In this document: positions 1-16,768 of the stretch, piece after piece
Position numbering within the stretch: the first letter of the stretch is position 1
Layout of the letters: every line of letters starts with the position of its first letter
Assembly (NCBI RefSeq): GCF_009914755.1
Contig: NC_060940.1
Strand: one strand, 5' to 3'
Source: the human T2T-CHM13v2.0 reference genome, Homo sapiens
Length of the DNA: 64,000 bases
Notes under the pieces: model-generated
Database searches by the model: none
Seen by the model: the letters and a program-made list of their open reading frames with translations, nothing else
What the model was told of the DNA's origin: nothing
Position numbers and translations under genes: made by a program

Positions 1-451
1 TAAGTGTACTCTTTGCTAGAGCTCACTGTCACACTCAGGTATCCTCCTTTGTTGACTCCCTGTGGACTAACTCTAAGCCATGTCATCTAAAGTATCTCTA
101 CCAATTTCATCCTGCTCTCAACCATTTATGTTTATCATAAGTCTTCAATTTATGTTGTACATTTTTGTTTCCTTTTCTTAAAAAAATGAACACATTTGCC
201 AAGAATTCTTTGCACAAAGGCATTTGCATACTGACTGCATTTTAAACAAAAATATGTTTCTGACTTTTATAAGGCATTGTGTTCTCAAGCTATAAATACT
301 ACATATAAATAAAAATGTTAAATTACACAGTTAGGAATAAATTTGGATGTTTTTAATGTCATATAATTCTTGGCAGTCTAAAAAGTAAAAAAATAAAAAA
401 ATAAAAAAAAAAAACCTGTGATCCTAGGCAATACAGAGACATTTTACATCA

Positions 452-747
<296 letters not shown>

Positions 748-851
748 TCAAATATACTGTATAAACACTTTTGTCTTATTGATAGAAGGTTACAAGGTTA
801 TCCTAGAGTATAAATTGCTTATATCTAGTTTACTAAAGAAAAGAATATCCA

Positions 852-1194
<343 letters not shown>

Positions 1195-4100
1195 TTAAAT
1201 ACTTGTCTTTAAACTAAAAATTCAGATGAATAATAAATATGGATTTATATGAGATAAACTTTTTTGTTAGAGAATAGAATAAGTAAGTGGGACTCTGTAT
1301 GTTGATTAAATTAAAACAACATCTAGATAGAATGGTTAGGTAACAAAAAGAAGGCAAATATAGTCCGAAGTATGTAAAAACAAAGGTACTGAGGATAATA
1401 TAATTTTATTCTCTGGCCAGTAAAACATTTTAGGGTTTCTAAGGGTGAGCTAAAGTGTAAAGGGCATGACTGTTCCATCTTTATCCAGACACACTGTATT
1501 TTGATTATCATTTCTATGTTCTGGTTTTCCTTTTCTTTCAATTTTTCAGAGCAGGGTTCCTATATGTTATTAGGTAGAAATAAACTTATTTATTTAAATG
1601 TTTCCAGCCTTTCCTAACTGTTGTTTCAACAACGATATCTCCATTCACTGATATTTTTTAAACAAGGGCATTATTAGTGGAAAAATAACTTAGTGTGAGA
1701 AGACATTACTGAGTACCTGTAACTTACCTTCTACTGAATTTTATTTAGAATTATCCACTACATTTTTCCTTTCTCAAACTGTTTATTTGGGACATAACTC
1801 CTGGGTCTTTAAAAAGTACTGAAATGCTATAGTTCAAAGAGGAAATATACTTGCTGAATTATAATAGGCAAAATCAAAGCACTCTGTACAAGATGAAAAA
1901 TAACCTCCTTACCTTATGATTTGACAAAAAGCAGGTCAAGCTAAACAGCATTTTATTCAAATGAGATAACATTTCACTCTTTTAAAATTATGTTCTTCCA
2001 GCACACCATTAATAAGCAGACTGCAGAGAACAATTCAACTAAACAATTTTCAGAGCGCCTTTGTGCTAATATCTTCAGCTGTGATCAATATAACCATATG
2101 CATTATGCTGAATTATGCATTTCAGCTAAAGATAGAAAGGAACTTTCAAAAGCAAGCCCTTAAACACATGCAGTTAATTTAAGCATTAACCAAATGCAAA
2201 CTGCATTTACATATCCTTCCCCCACATATTCACACAATCTGAAACTAATTTGTACCTTGAATAAAGAGGTGAGTATTCTTTAAAAATAATTTGCCAGTTA
2301 GATGAATGACTACAAGAAGCCAGGGAAACATCTTCTGGCAAAGAACACTTGATACATGAGAAGGTAAATGTATGAAGACACTTCAAAGTAAAATTAAACA
2401 GTTTCAAAATCTGTAATACAAAATGGAGCTTTCTAAATATTAAAAGATTTTCTTAAATAGACAGTTTCGGTTTTTTTGTGTATTATTTCCTTGGAAGAAA
2501 TGGTTAAAGGCTGTAATATTTTTCTTATAACCCATTGTAACATTCCCACAAAGAAACGAAAACTTAAATCCTTAGACTTGCAAATCTGAGGTATTCAAAC
2601 AAAAATAACTGGAAAGTAATAGTTGCATTAAAAGTAAGGATTCAGTTCTAGCAATTTTTCTTTAGAAAATAATCGGATAAATGTGTAAAAATTTGTGTGG
2701 AAAGATACTGTTTTATGATACTTAAACTGAAGCTATTTAAATATTCAATAGAAGATTGTTAAATAATCCATGGTACATACACACACTGGAAAACTGTAAC
2801 AGCCATTATAAATGATTGTGATGTAGATTTATATTAAGGAATGATTTTACAATATAGCAAAAAAAGCACATTGTAAAACTACATCTATCATTTAGAAATA
2901 ACTCTGAAAGGACATAAATCAAATATTAGCAGTGATTATTTTGCTAATATTTTGTGGGTTGTGGGATTGATTTTTCTAATTTACATACTGGACTTTTTCA
3001 TAATGTACATGAGTTATGTTTATTATTAAAAAAAATTCCCAAATGATAAAAAAGCCACTAAAAAAGATGAGGAATAAATTAGATAAATTAAAATAAGAAC
3101 TGTAATACTTAGTAAGAACCCTCAGAATTAATTCAACGACAATAAACAGGTCTAACAAAAAAACCAAGATTTTACCCCCCTTAAGAAAAGCTTCTTTGCA
3201 AAGATCAGTTCAGATATCCAAAAGATAACAGCTTTAGGATTCTTGATATCTAAGTAAACACAGAAAGCACAGAAATAAAAATGGTTTATTTCATTTCCTT
3301 TCCGTTTAAGAATGGGCAATTTATCTGCTCTTGGAAAAGAGAGAGGGAATATAGAGCACTTCCACATTTTTACCTAAACAATAATTTATTGAGCAATTAC
3401 TAAGGCAAAGCACTCTGTTAGGTATTTGATACTGCACGTTAAAATCAGGAACTGTATGTATTTCTGACATGAAAACTTAAAAAAATCCACCAGGTCAGAA
3501 AACCTGTCATCACCATTTTATTCCACTCACAGTCTTCTAAAGAAAAAGTCATAAAAAAAATCTATCATCAAATGTAGTCACTTGGTGAATAAACATTGCC
3601 CTAGTGTGTTTCATTGAAATTAAGACTCCATTGATTATGTGTTCCAATTTCAGACTTGCTAAAATGTGAAAAAAAGGTCACACTGAAATTTAAAAATGCC
3701 ATCACTTATAAGATGCAACTCAATATTAGAGATGTTAAAATATGAAAAGATAATGTTCCTTATAGTCAGTGAAATATGGCATTGTGGTCTAAATAAAAAC
3801 ATAAGAATACTAACTAGAAACGTAACTGTTTTTTAGTGAGTATGTATTAAACTTTTAAACATTCTCATGCAACTGAATTGCAAGTTTTCAAAAGCAGCAA
3901 CCTTCTTAGCACATGACTCGGTTTATCTAGGGCATGAGCAAACAGATATAACAACACTTAAAGCAAATAATTCATTTCCCCTATTGTGCATTTGTGTGTA
4001 TATCTATGTGTGTGTAACACAGTAAAATTCAGACTTCTTTAATTATAATTCTTTTACTTCTATGAGATCTGTTACTTATACTGAAACTTATTAGTGATTA

Positions 4101-4666
4101 TTATTTTAGCATGGGGCACAAAACTTTCTGGTATTTAAGGTCACTGTCACAAAGTAGAATTAGACATCTCATCAGAGATTTTCCCTATTCGAACTCTCAA
4201 AAACGGCAAGCTACTATTTCTGCCACTCTCTGTCATCTTACACTAGTTTTTGTGCCATTACACTTGCCACCACCTCACGTATTACATATTTATTTAATTG
4301 TTGTTAGTTTCTCCCTATTAAATTCATATTTCATGAGGGAAAGACTTTTGTTTCTATTCATTGCTGTATCCCCAGAAATTAGAACAGTACCTAGCACTAA
4401 CTGGTGCTCAATAAATACTTCTCAACTGTTGAGTAAAGAAAGGCTCAGAATTTAGGAAAATTGAACAATTAAAAACAACCTAAATAAGAATAGCTATGAG
4501 AAAAAGCAATTCTTTTGGCATATACACTAAGCTGAGTATGAGAAATTTTGAGCAACCACTGAATTCATGAGAGTGGATGACTGTGTCTGTCCCTCATACA
4601 TTGCGGGGATACTGGCAAACAGTAGGCACCAGAGTAAGTACTGACTGATTCAATGAAGAAACATTA

Positions 4667-4885
<219 letters not shown>

Positions 4886-5629
4886 TCAGCTTCAACCGAA
4901 AATAATAAAGAGAAAAGCTTTTAGTGGCGCAGAGACCACTGTCATCATGTCTTAGGAATTAAGTAAACATATGCTGGTCTGCTGCTGTTGAAACCAAGGC
5001 GCCTTTCTCAGGCTGCGGTTAGGGAACATGAAAGAGTTTGTGGGATGAGCAAAGGAACTGGCCTTAATTTAGAGCTCTAAAGTCAGAAAAGTTGGCAGTA
5101 TGCAGCTTTTGTGGGACTAGTAAAGGAATTCAGATACTGTACATACTCCAGAGGAATCCACAATTCCAAAACTCAGCAATTGACATCGGACAAAACCATT
5201 CTCTCCCACATACAAACCTCTTAATACAGAGAAAATGGACTTTCCACCTGATCTTTAATTCTGTGAAACTTTTAAAGAGTCTGTGATAATAACACGTTCA
5301 CAAAATATTGGCCACAAAATGATAGCATATTGAACCACCAGACAATACCTCCGATATTGATTAAGAAGTAGTGATAATATAGTTTTTGTTAAAAAACAAA
5401 AAACAATAGGCTAAAAACAGTTTTAGATGTAACACGATTGGAATGAAAACCAGTGCTCTGTGCCTGATAAGAATGACGAAAATAGAATTACTATTCCTCA
5501 ATAAAAGTACAGCAGTTTAAACCATGGTTAAAATTTGCTAATAATCAAGACCCAGCATATCAGAAGAAAGAACTGGTTGAAAAATAACTAGACAACGTAC
5601 AGAAAGTGTACAATCAACATTCGTTTATG

Positions 5630-5780
5630 CCAGTGGTTCCTAAACGCTGACCTAAATACTGGTAGTAGGCCAGCTGCTACGTAAGGACACTTAGGGAGAT
5701 TTTAAAATGAAGATCCCAGGGCCCAGGTATTCATATTTTTAGAAAGCTCCCCAGATGATAGCCAGGTTTTGGAAAAACTG
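5630..5780. mobile_element. MER5-like hAT DNA transposon relic
   Basis: cagtggttcc... start, aagctccccagatgat...gaaaaactg end; by eye. Confidence 0.55.
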
Positions 5781-6404
5781 ATCTTGATCTGAATTTCAGC
5801 AGAAAACCATTATCTATGAAGCTTGATATGACTGAATAATCATCAGCAGCTTTGACCATTCTATGTATTTTAAGCCCAGTAAATACAACAAAAACTTATA
5901 AAATCTTGTTTTATACGATGATGAAGTAAATGGAAAAGAAACATATTACTGGAAATTGCCCTTAATGTTGCTCCCAACTAGTCTTCAGTTTTTATCCCAA
6001 AAAAGATACTTTTCTGGGAGGCATAGCTTCTCAAAAGAGAAACATTGTGTATTCATTTCACATTTTGAATATTTTACTGCCTTTAAGATAACATGACCTT
6101 GAAAATAAATGGAATTATGGAAGCTTCTCTAAATATGACATCTGTTTCTTCTATTAGTGTTCTCATTTCACTTATGGAAACTTAACAAAATATAGGATCT
6201 ATATATCAATTATTTAAGTTGATTTTATCAAAGGTACAATGACCAAGACTTTAATGAAATCCAAATAAAATATGTATTTTAAATACTAAATAATATTCCT
6301 TTTTATGTTTGTTTTTAAAATAAAGAACAAATATAATTTCTATGTATGGCCAAATTGTATATATCAAACACATCCACATATATGCATGAATGTGAGTACA
6401 TCTA

Positions 6405-6443
<39 letters not shown>

Positions 6444-6470
6444 GTATGTATGTATGTATATGCATGTGTC
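6405..6470. repeat. (TG)n(TA)n(TATG)n compound microsatellite
   Basis: Read directly. Confidence 0.95.
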
Positions 6471-7291
6471 TTATTTTATTAAAAACATGTACCACCCGGA
6501 AAAAAAAATTAGCATGATGAAATAGGCACAACATACATTATATCAGATGCCAAAAATTAGAAACAGTAGTGTTCCAATAGCATTAGTACCAGCAAAAAGA
6601 TCACCAACAGCTAATCTGGCAGAAACATCAGAAGCTGTATGTGTTTAAATTAAGAACAATTTAGCGGCCTGGGTTTTCCAAACCCACAAAATACTAGTGT
6701 AAATCAGCATAAGTCAATCTGAATTTAGTCCACTGCTATCTTCCCTCTAAATTTAGGATTACATTCCACTGGAGTTTCATGAGAAATTCCTTTTGAATTT
6801 ACTGTATTCCGCTATGCTTAGAGCCATCTGTGTAACTATAAATGGTGAACCACATCTGGCTCCATTTTCTTTGTAAGGGCTGTACACATGATTAAATCTG
6901 CATATGAGAACAGTCTTTGAGAACTTTTTATTCATGAAAATGTTTTTGTATATTGCCTATAGTGACAACTGAAGGGGGATCATAGTTAGTCTTTGTACAC
7001 ATTTCACTGTTACATGATGTTGCAGGACTGATCAAATGTCAGCCTGCAGTGGAATGCCCATTGCTGCTTGTGGTCACCGGCATGTCCACTGGCAGACATG
7101 GGTCAGCAAACTGTAAATACACACCCTTGACCAAAAACATGATAAAGATCTAAATAAAGCCAAAGAGTTCATCTGCTTCCTAAGATCTTTCCTTCTACAG
7201 AAGAAACTCCATTTGTTCAATGTTCAAGGGCATCCTAATGTGAGAGACAGGAAAGAATATACTCTAAATCATCCATAAAGAAATCCACAGT

Positions 7292-7917
<626 letters not shown>

Positions 7918-8264
7918 TCATAGGTACTTTATTTAGGGCCTAATGAAAATTAAATTCATATTTACATCAGGATATTTCACTTACTGAAAGAAGATGATGC
8001 CCCAAATGTACTTGGAGTTTGATTTCTGGGAAGCATAAGCTGCTCATATTTGATCACATGAGATTTTATGGTTTCTAGAAGGTTACAGGGCACAGATGCT
8101 CACTTTACAGAAACAGAACACAGAGCATCTATGGGTGTCAGTAGTGCTCTTTTACATTTTGAGAAGTAGATGACTATCACATAATAAAAACTTGATCCAC
8201 CCAATTCTTAAAAAGGTTAATATCATCTTAAAAACTAGATGAATACCTTTTAAAAACAGACATT

Positions 8265-8472
8265 AGTGTCTCTCAAGGAGTTAATACCTCAAAATCACAT
8301 TCAACAGATTTTTTTGGACCCAGTCTCAAATTAACTGAATCAGAGTTGGATGGTATGGGGGCAGAGGGAGGGGTGCAGATGGATAGGCGAAGAAGCTCTG
8401 AAGAGGTGGTGAAATCTACATTTTAATAAGTTTTCCAGGTTATTTGCATACATTATAGTTTAGGAACCATTG
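8265..8472. mobile_element. MER5-like relic
   Basis: ttaataagttttccaggt...tttaggaaccattg end; by eye. Confidence 0.5.
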
Positions 8473-10626
8473 CATTTATCAGTTACATGGCCCCAACACT
8501 AACTAACTTCAAAAGTGAAGCACAGCATTACTAAATTATAGCATACTAATATAATACTGTATTACATACCACAGTATAGAGTTTCTCTCTGACCCAACAG
8601 AAAGATATAATTGCAAAAAATGTATTCTCAACTTTTAAATTGAACATTTATTAAAGTTATACTTACTTCTTGGCAGTGTATCAAAAGTGTTTTAGCATAT
8701 TAAAAAATGCTCATACTAAAAAGTAACATGAGGGTTTTATCTTCCCACATGATTCTCTAATATGTCATATGTCAAGTAATAAACACATTCAAAATTTATT
8801 TGAAAAAGAAAGATGAGAATGCAAACTGCAAATCATATTTTTCTCCTGAAAACTAGTCAATTTTGAATAACAAACAAATGCTGTCCTTTTAAAAACATGT
8901 TATCATTATGACTAAGCAAACAGGGAGTATGTGCAGTTTTTGATGAACATTAGTTGTTGGCAATAACGAATAACAGTGTCATGAAACAAAAGAGCTGTAA
9001 AGAATCTGAGAGACAATGTAGACTTTTGTCGAATTTCTCCAACTATACTTCTAAAATGTATCATATATTTCAAAAACATTATATTAGAGAATTCTGTAGT
9101 TCTGTTGACTATTATGTGTGTTTGCTGGGTTTTGTGCTTATGTTACATTAATTTTTCTTTTGACATTAAATGTTTTGACACTCATTACACACATTTACTT
9201 CCATATATCTCACATAAACTTCACGTGTGAGCAGCATAACGAAGTCTGCTTTTAGTGTGACAGGAAAAAAATGTTAGTGCAAGCATAAAACATTGAAAAA
9301 AAAAAACCCTTCAAATTTATACTCTTAGATCATCTTCTAATATGGAAAGATAAAGTTTTATGGTGGGAAAGTAAATATGAGAAAAACATGACTTTCTCAA
9401 AATTTCGTTTATACATTATTCCCAGGTAAGTTTGATTTTTTTTATTCCAAGTAAGTATGTTCAGCAAATTTTCAAACTGGGGAGAAGTAGAAAATTTGGA
9501 AGTAATGGCCATATGGCACTATTTTCTTCTATTTAGACTGTGTAAATTATTTGAAATTACAAGATACTGAAGACATATGTAAATCAGTAAGAATTTCTGG
9601 ATGTATAACAGTTCTGTTATTCCATGAATGTTTCCCTTCCACATATGCAATTTTCCAATGCAATTAAAATCAGATAGTGAAGCATAACAAAAAAAGAATT
9701 CAAGTTTTAGAGTTTAAAAAAATCTGGGTTTTAGTTCTAAACTAGAGTCTCAGCAATGCTGTGTGACTCTGCACAAGTCTTAATTTTTCTGGAATCCCAA
9801 TTTCCTCATTTATAAAAGAGGGATGATATCTTCTCTAATAGGGTACTGTGCAATTTGTATACTGACATTTAAACTTTTCAAACACACATATGATTTTAAC
9901 TGGTGTCTGAACCTACTGTTGGTAACCCTTAATATAATCAGTCACTGTACAAAGATAGTCCCAAGTAGGTAAATAACATAGATGATACAAACTACTGAAA
10001 TAATGCCTATGTTAATTTAGGTAACTTTCCAGAAGTAAATCAAAATAAAAGCCTATCCCCACACTCCTTGGGTATAATTTGTTTAATTTACAAAATGTAA
10101 ATTTAATTTATAAAAAATAAGACAAAGAGCTAAAAAGTTAAAGATGCACTTGTAGCTCAAATGGTTATTTTCTGAGGTTTCAGCACATGACCAGAAGTAG
10201 TAGCTGTTGAATATCAGCTATAACATATGTATTTAAGTATATATTACATTTGCTTTCATGTAAACCTGTATTTATCATTTATCAGTATCATATACTAAAA
10301 AGACTTAAAATTACACACACAGACACACACACACACAGATATCTGTATCACTTAACCAAACTTAGATGTGGGGTATAATTTTGTTTCTAATACTACCAGA
10401 AGGGATTAATTTCTAAAATACCATAATTATGAAGTAGATTAAGAAACAAAATTGAAGCAGCCCTTTAAAATGTATCTTGAGATAAAGATGCTTGTGTTTC
10501 TCTTTATAAGGAACAGAGACAATTGTAAGTGGACACCTTTGCTTTTCCCTAACAGAATAACTCTCAGTTAATAAGCTGGGGAGTCTAAGAAAGAGACCAA
10601 AAGAGGTTCAAACACAAGCTCTATTA

Positions 10627-10937
<311 letters not shown>

Positions 10938-11345
10938 AGGTGGGAAGTGCCTCTTAATGTTACTTAATTTTGCTTCATCTTCCTTGTCTGCAAAATGGGA
11001 ATTTGTAATACATACATTTCAGGGTGCTGTGAACAATTTATAACAATAAATGTAGAGTATCTAGCATGGTGTCTGTTAGTTTATAGTTAGTGTTCAATAA
11101 ATGATAGCAGTTTACTGGCAACAAAGTGATATGGTTTTCTTAGTAGTGATAGGCTACTGCTCAGGTTAAATAACTTATTACAATGCCTTTAAAAAGCTTG
11201 TATTTCCTTTATACAGTTTGCATATTTCTTGCTATCATTTGTTGCTAATTCTTTGATCAACATGATCTATTCTGACAACAGCAAATGCTTACATATAAAA
11301 GAGCTCAAACAAGACAATGAAAGAACACATGGAATCACGATTTAC

Positions 11346-11419
11346 CTGTCATAAAGTTTATCATAGTTTTCCTTTAAAAGTTCCCGTTCCTTTTCTAAAT
11401 CATTAATTCTATCCTGCAG
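11346..11419 (-). CDS. RPGRIP1L: RPGRIP1L coding exon 9 (74 nt; LQDRINDLEKERELLKENYDKLYD)
   Basis: ttttag|CTGCAG acceptor, AG|gtaaaa donor, open frame joining exons 8 and 10. Confidence 0.95.
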
Positions 11420-12687
11420 CTAAAATGAAAATAAAATTACATATTAAGTAAATATTATATAAAACCACTTGGGGGTAAAAAAAAACATTAAAAAACTCTA
11501 TATGAGAGAAGGTTAACATGTTTTAATCTCGATTGCTAAATGGTAGCTGCTAACCAGACCACTTATATTGTCTGCATTTAAGTCAGCATTGATTTTTCCC
11601 AAGTTGTTAAATAAACGTGAAATTAATATTCCTGTTTTAATTTAGTAGAAACGTATGCACTGCTTTATGCAACATGTGCCAGAAGTCATTAAAGAATATG
11701 TTAAGAGCTTGCTAAGTCCCGGGAAACATAGTATTTTTTACTTTTCACCATGATAACTTCTGTCATTATATTCATTTTGTATTAATTTACAATTAGCCCA
11801 TAAAGAATTAAAAGAGTTAACTTTTTTTTAGGTTCATGGTTCAAATTGTGTTGTTAATCACAATTTACTCTGAAGATACAATTTCTCACATTATCTGAAA
11901 TTTATAAATAGCTACTAGCACCTTTTGTGAATAAATGAATAAACAAACTTACATACTGTTTTAGCCCATGAACAGTATTTTCAGAAATAAACGGAGTAAT
12001 AATTACATCCCTATGGCTAAAATGTAGATTTCTGTACTCTAGTATTTATTTTTAAGTTTTATTCATAAGTATATTTTGCAGTCACAACTTTTTCCTGTGG
12101 ATCAGATTACTCTTTATTTCCATTTTCAGAATTCTCTTTTGATGCTAGTATGAGACAGTAAAAGATTCTCCCAAGATCAGAACAGAATGCAGGCATCTTA
12201 TTTCACTTCCATTCTCCTTGGGAACAAACTTAACAGGCTACATAAAATACTACGATAATAGGAAGATGAGTTTTCAAAGAACTCTCTAAAAAAATTAGAT
12301 AATTTCACAAAATTACTGATAATGCAGAATACAACAGCCATCTCCTCAGAAACAGATACAGTCCTGTTATTTTGTTTCAGTATCTCAAATGATTAATAAG
12401 CTGTTACAGTTGAGAAAGTTAAGTTCCATAGGTAATCTGGCATCAGTTTCAAAATGCTGGTTTCATTTTACTCAAGGATCTTTAATCCTTTGGGTAAACA
12501 GTGGATCTTGCCACATTTGCAAGTACAGTTAAACACTGATTTGCCATTCATATATTAACAACTATATTTTGCTGTGCTCAAAACACCATGTACATAACTT
12601 ATAATTTTAAATAAGTACAATTTTGAAATATCTCTATTTTACTTTTTCAAAACAGTTACCAAGAAGTTGTAATGCAACAGATGGCTA

Positions 12688-12852
<165 letters not shown>

Positions 12853-14846
12853 CTAAAAGATAAAAAGAACATCTTTCAAACATTATTTTTGACTAAATGA
12901 TTAAATTTGACTAAATGATTTGACTAAATGATTACAATTCTATAAATGAATTTACTCCCGAAGTTCACCTTATACAGATTATTTTTTACATAACAAATGA
13001 TGTATACGTGCTACTTATCCGTAGGAGACGCTCTGAACATGTGTGTGACATGAGGAAGAAAATACAGGGTTATCTTAGCATAGAGTCACATATTTTATTT
13101 CCTCCTAGTTTTTGACTTATTGATGGTGACCAGCAAGTAAATTCATTTTAACAATAACTTTTTTTCTTTTTGCTGTGGTTACATTGGTTGGACATGCTGT
13201 CTAAAAATGCTGTAGCATGGGTCAAAAATGCTGACCACAGATATTCGAACTGAAGGGATTCGCTGCCACATCGTATAAACAGCCTTGGATGGTCAGCTTT
13301 TAATTTGCATACAATTAAGTTAAAATTTCCAATTTAGTAAAAGTTATGAACTTTTCTTAATTTTTCAAAAATGGTCTATTTATGACCATGCTGTAAATTC
13401 AATTTTATATACTTTAATGTCACATAGTTTTTTTTTAAAATAAAAAAAGGTAAAGTCTTTTCATATAGACCATATAACCATAGCATGCAATGCCTCACCT
13501 GCTAACTTAAATCTCTCAAGTCCCACTGAAGTTTTTTTTCACTCATTTAAATGACACATGGCTATTGAGCCATTCAGGTCAATTTTCGTTTATCTTGGTA
13601 TTATTATAGAACAGTATCTTCAGCCACCTTTTTCTAGGCTCCACACTTCACTGAGGCTGTTGGGCTTAACCTCTCAATTTTTTACCCTATGTCAACTTCC
13701 AAAAGAGCTGCCTGTACTACAGCAGACACCTGTTATTGTTGGTATTTAAACTAATACCTGGGTTCACTGTTAAATAGAAATCAAAATTGTCAAAGTGATA
13801 AGAGAATGTAAAATCATTTTTCAATTCCTTTCTTAATTCTTAATCTTAGAAATGGCTTTCAACTACAGGGATTTTTAAAATTTCCTTCTTCTAACATCTG
13901 TAGATAGCACTATCATTCTCACTCTCTCATCAGTCTCCTTTTACAAACTCTCATATTTATGCAGAAGTAATTACCACTTGGCATTTAAAGAGGTTCCTGC
14001 AGGATGGAAAACAAAATCCCCAGAGCATGGCTGAAAAATATTTAACTATTGAATTCAACAGTGAATTTAGGCTTCAGATGACCCTTTGCTTTGCATCAAT
14101 CTACTGCCCTCCTTGTCTCGGGACTTCAAAGAAAGTGTTACTTCACATAAATTCTGCTCAACTGGAATGTCTTGGAGTTCATTAATTCCAGAACCTATGT
14201 TAATTATGCAGTGCCAACAAATAGAAGCCCTCAGATGGCATATTCCTGTGGGGTCACAGTCCTTGTTAAAACAACCATGGGCATAAAGAATCCCAAGTAT
14301 TGTCAACCTGAAGGGTTAAGGTTTAAAATAAATACACTGATAGTTGACGTTAAGAGTAATCAAATATTTTCAGGTAATGGTAGTGACCAAAAAAGAAAAA
14401 AAAATTCAAATAAAAGAAAGTTTTAACAGAACATGATTACTGACCTATTCATTACTTTGGTCTATTGCCAATAATTTTATAAATGCTTAAAATTGAAGAT
14501 ATATGCAAATATGGCAAAACTTCAGTGCTATGTGTCCATAATAAATTCAGATAAAAGGAGTTAAAAATAAATTTCCTTGGTAGAAGATAATTTATAATAA
14601 ATATGGTTATTATTTTAAGATGACACAGATATTTATAAAAAGTCCAAGCAGTTAATTATTTCTTTAGTGCTTGAGTTATAAATAATAAACAATATATTAA
14701 GGGAAATGATACACATTTGTGAATACAAAGAACAATCCTTCAAAATTATGTTCTAGTGTTATGATAATTCCATGTTAAAAAAACAACTTGAATACTACTT
14801 TTGAATCCTTTGCATCTCTGTAACATTGTAATAAAATAAATTATCA

Positions 14847-14960
<114 letters not shown>

Positions 14961-16466
14961 TCAGAGTTGTGTTTAAGAAAAAGAGAGACAGAAGTAAAAA
15001 ACGCAAGTTAGAAGAAAATCTATGGTGGAATCACAATTTTTCAACTAATGTTACATAGAAAATATTTATATACTTGTACATCAGTCAATGAGGTTTTTGG
15101 ATTATTATAAATGCAGGACAGATTAATTATTTAAAACAAACCAATAATCATTCCTGAACTTTCATAACCTTGAACTCACAAAGTTTGAAGGGAGCCCCCA
15201 AACTTCATGACTATGTCACCTCTACAATTGATAATATGGATTTAAAATCATTTTATAGTATCCTGAAAGATGGCACAGAAACACAATAGTTTTTAGTATA
15301 GCAATGGTACCATTACCGAACTTCACACTTATTTTAAGGAGGACTATCACGCTACTTTTCCCTAAATGAAAAATATGCAATACAGCCATTCATCTTTCTA
15401 CAACTCTCTCGACGCAAATGGCATCATAAGATTACCATTTATTGGAGTTTCCTCTTGGAGTTTTAAACTTTTCAAAATATTTGCAAAAAAAGTGACTTAG
15501 CATTTTATACTAACAATGTCCAAAGCTGGCATTTAAATATGTTGCAGATGTGCCTTTAGCTGTAAGAGATCACTTGATGTCCACAGGGTATATAGAAACC
15601 TTATATGTTACAATACTATTTTGTATTTTTCCTACTGAGATTAAAGCAAATGTAGAATTTAACAGGAAGATCTTGTTAAAGGTTAATCATAGATCTAAAT
15701 GAGTACCTGTTTTCAAAAGGCATTTATTTTCTTGACAGAGAAAAGTTCCTTAATTTAATACATTTTATATTAAAAAATATTTTGTTAATTTTGAAGCTTC
15801 ATTTCAGAGTTCACTTTTAGGAAAAATAAATGTAAAAAATTTAAAATCAGAGTTCAATATTTAAAGTAAGAGATTTTACTTTTAAAACTTATCTAGTGTA
15901 CACATATTGGAAAAATTGTCATAATGCCCTACTGGAACCAGAAAATGGACTACAAAGCTCACACATCTGTAAACCAGCTGAGGACTTGAAATACTTAATT
16001 TTCCTCTTTGATATTTGAAAGTTCATTGTATTTTGGCATTGGACAGTTAGTTGTCCTCACACAGAAGATAAACAAAACCATGAATCCAAATTTTGCCCAG
16101 GGTACAGTCTTAACACAATGTTAAAATAATTATATGTCTAAAACATGTTATCTAGTAGTTCTGAGCACATATTCAACAATATACTCACTAATATTCACTC
16201 AGTATTACCTTTAGCCACTAAAAATACATATATATATAATATAAAGAGAAAAATACATCTTAAAGTCTAAAGAAAATATTCTTTTTTTCATATTTAGAAG
16301 CCAAAATATAATTTACTTATTTGCCCCAGAATTACCTGGTTTGACCACTCAGCAGTGAATGACATTTATTGATATGTAAGGACAGAATGTGATTCAAATA
16401 ATTTAAAATCTTTTCATATATTTCCAGTTGTCTCTGATATTTTATTTTTGTTTTAAAGTATGATAA

Positions 16467-16768
16467 TTTATTTATTTATTTTTTTTTGAGACGGAGACTT
16501 GCTCTGTCACCCAGGCTGGAGTGTAGTGGCGCGATCTCGGCTACTGCAACCTCCGCCTCCTGGTTTCAAGCGATTCTCCTGCCTCAGCTTCCTGAGTAGC
16601 AGGGACTACAGGCGCGTGCCACCATGCACAGCTGATTTTTTTGTATTTTTAGTAGAGACGGGTTTTCACTGTGTTAGCCAGGATGGTTTCGATCTCCTGA
16701 CCTCATAATCCACCCGCCTCGGCCTCCCAAAGTGCTGGGATTACAGGTGTGAGCCACTGTACCCGGCC
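16467..16768 (-). mobile_element. Alu (AluY/Sc-type)
   Basis: gtgttagccaggatggt..gatctcctgacc segment; CpG-rich. Confidence 0.93.

Noticed and set aside
1720-1915. Consensus-like minus-strand donors (AG|GTAAG), also near 22200 and 27130
   Set aside because: I could not pair them with a convincing acceptor; such words are expected by chance in 64 kb
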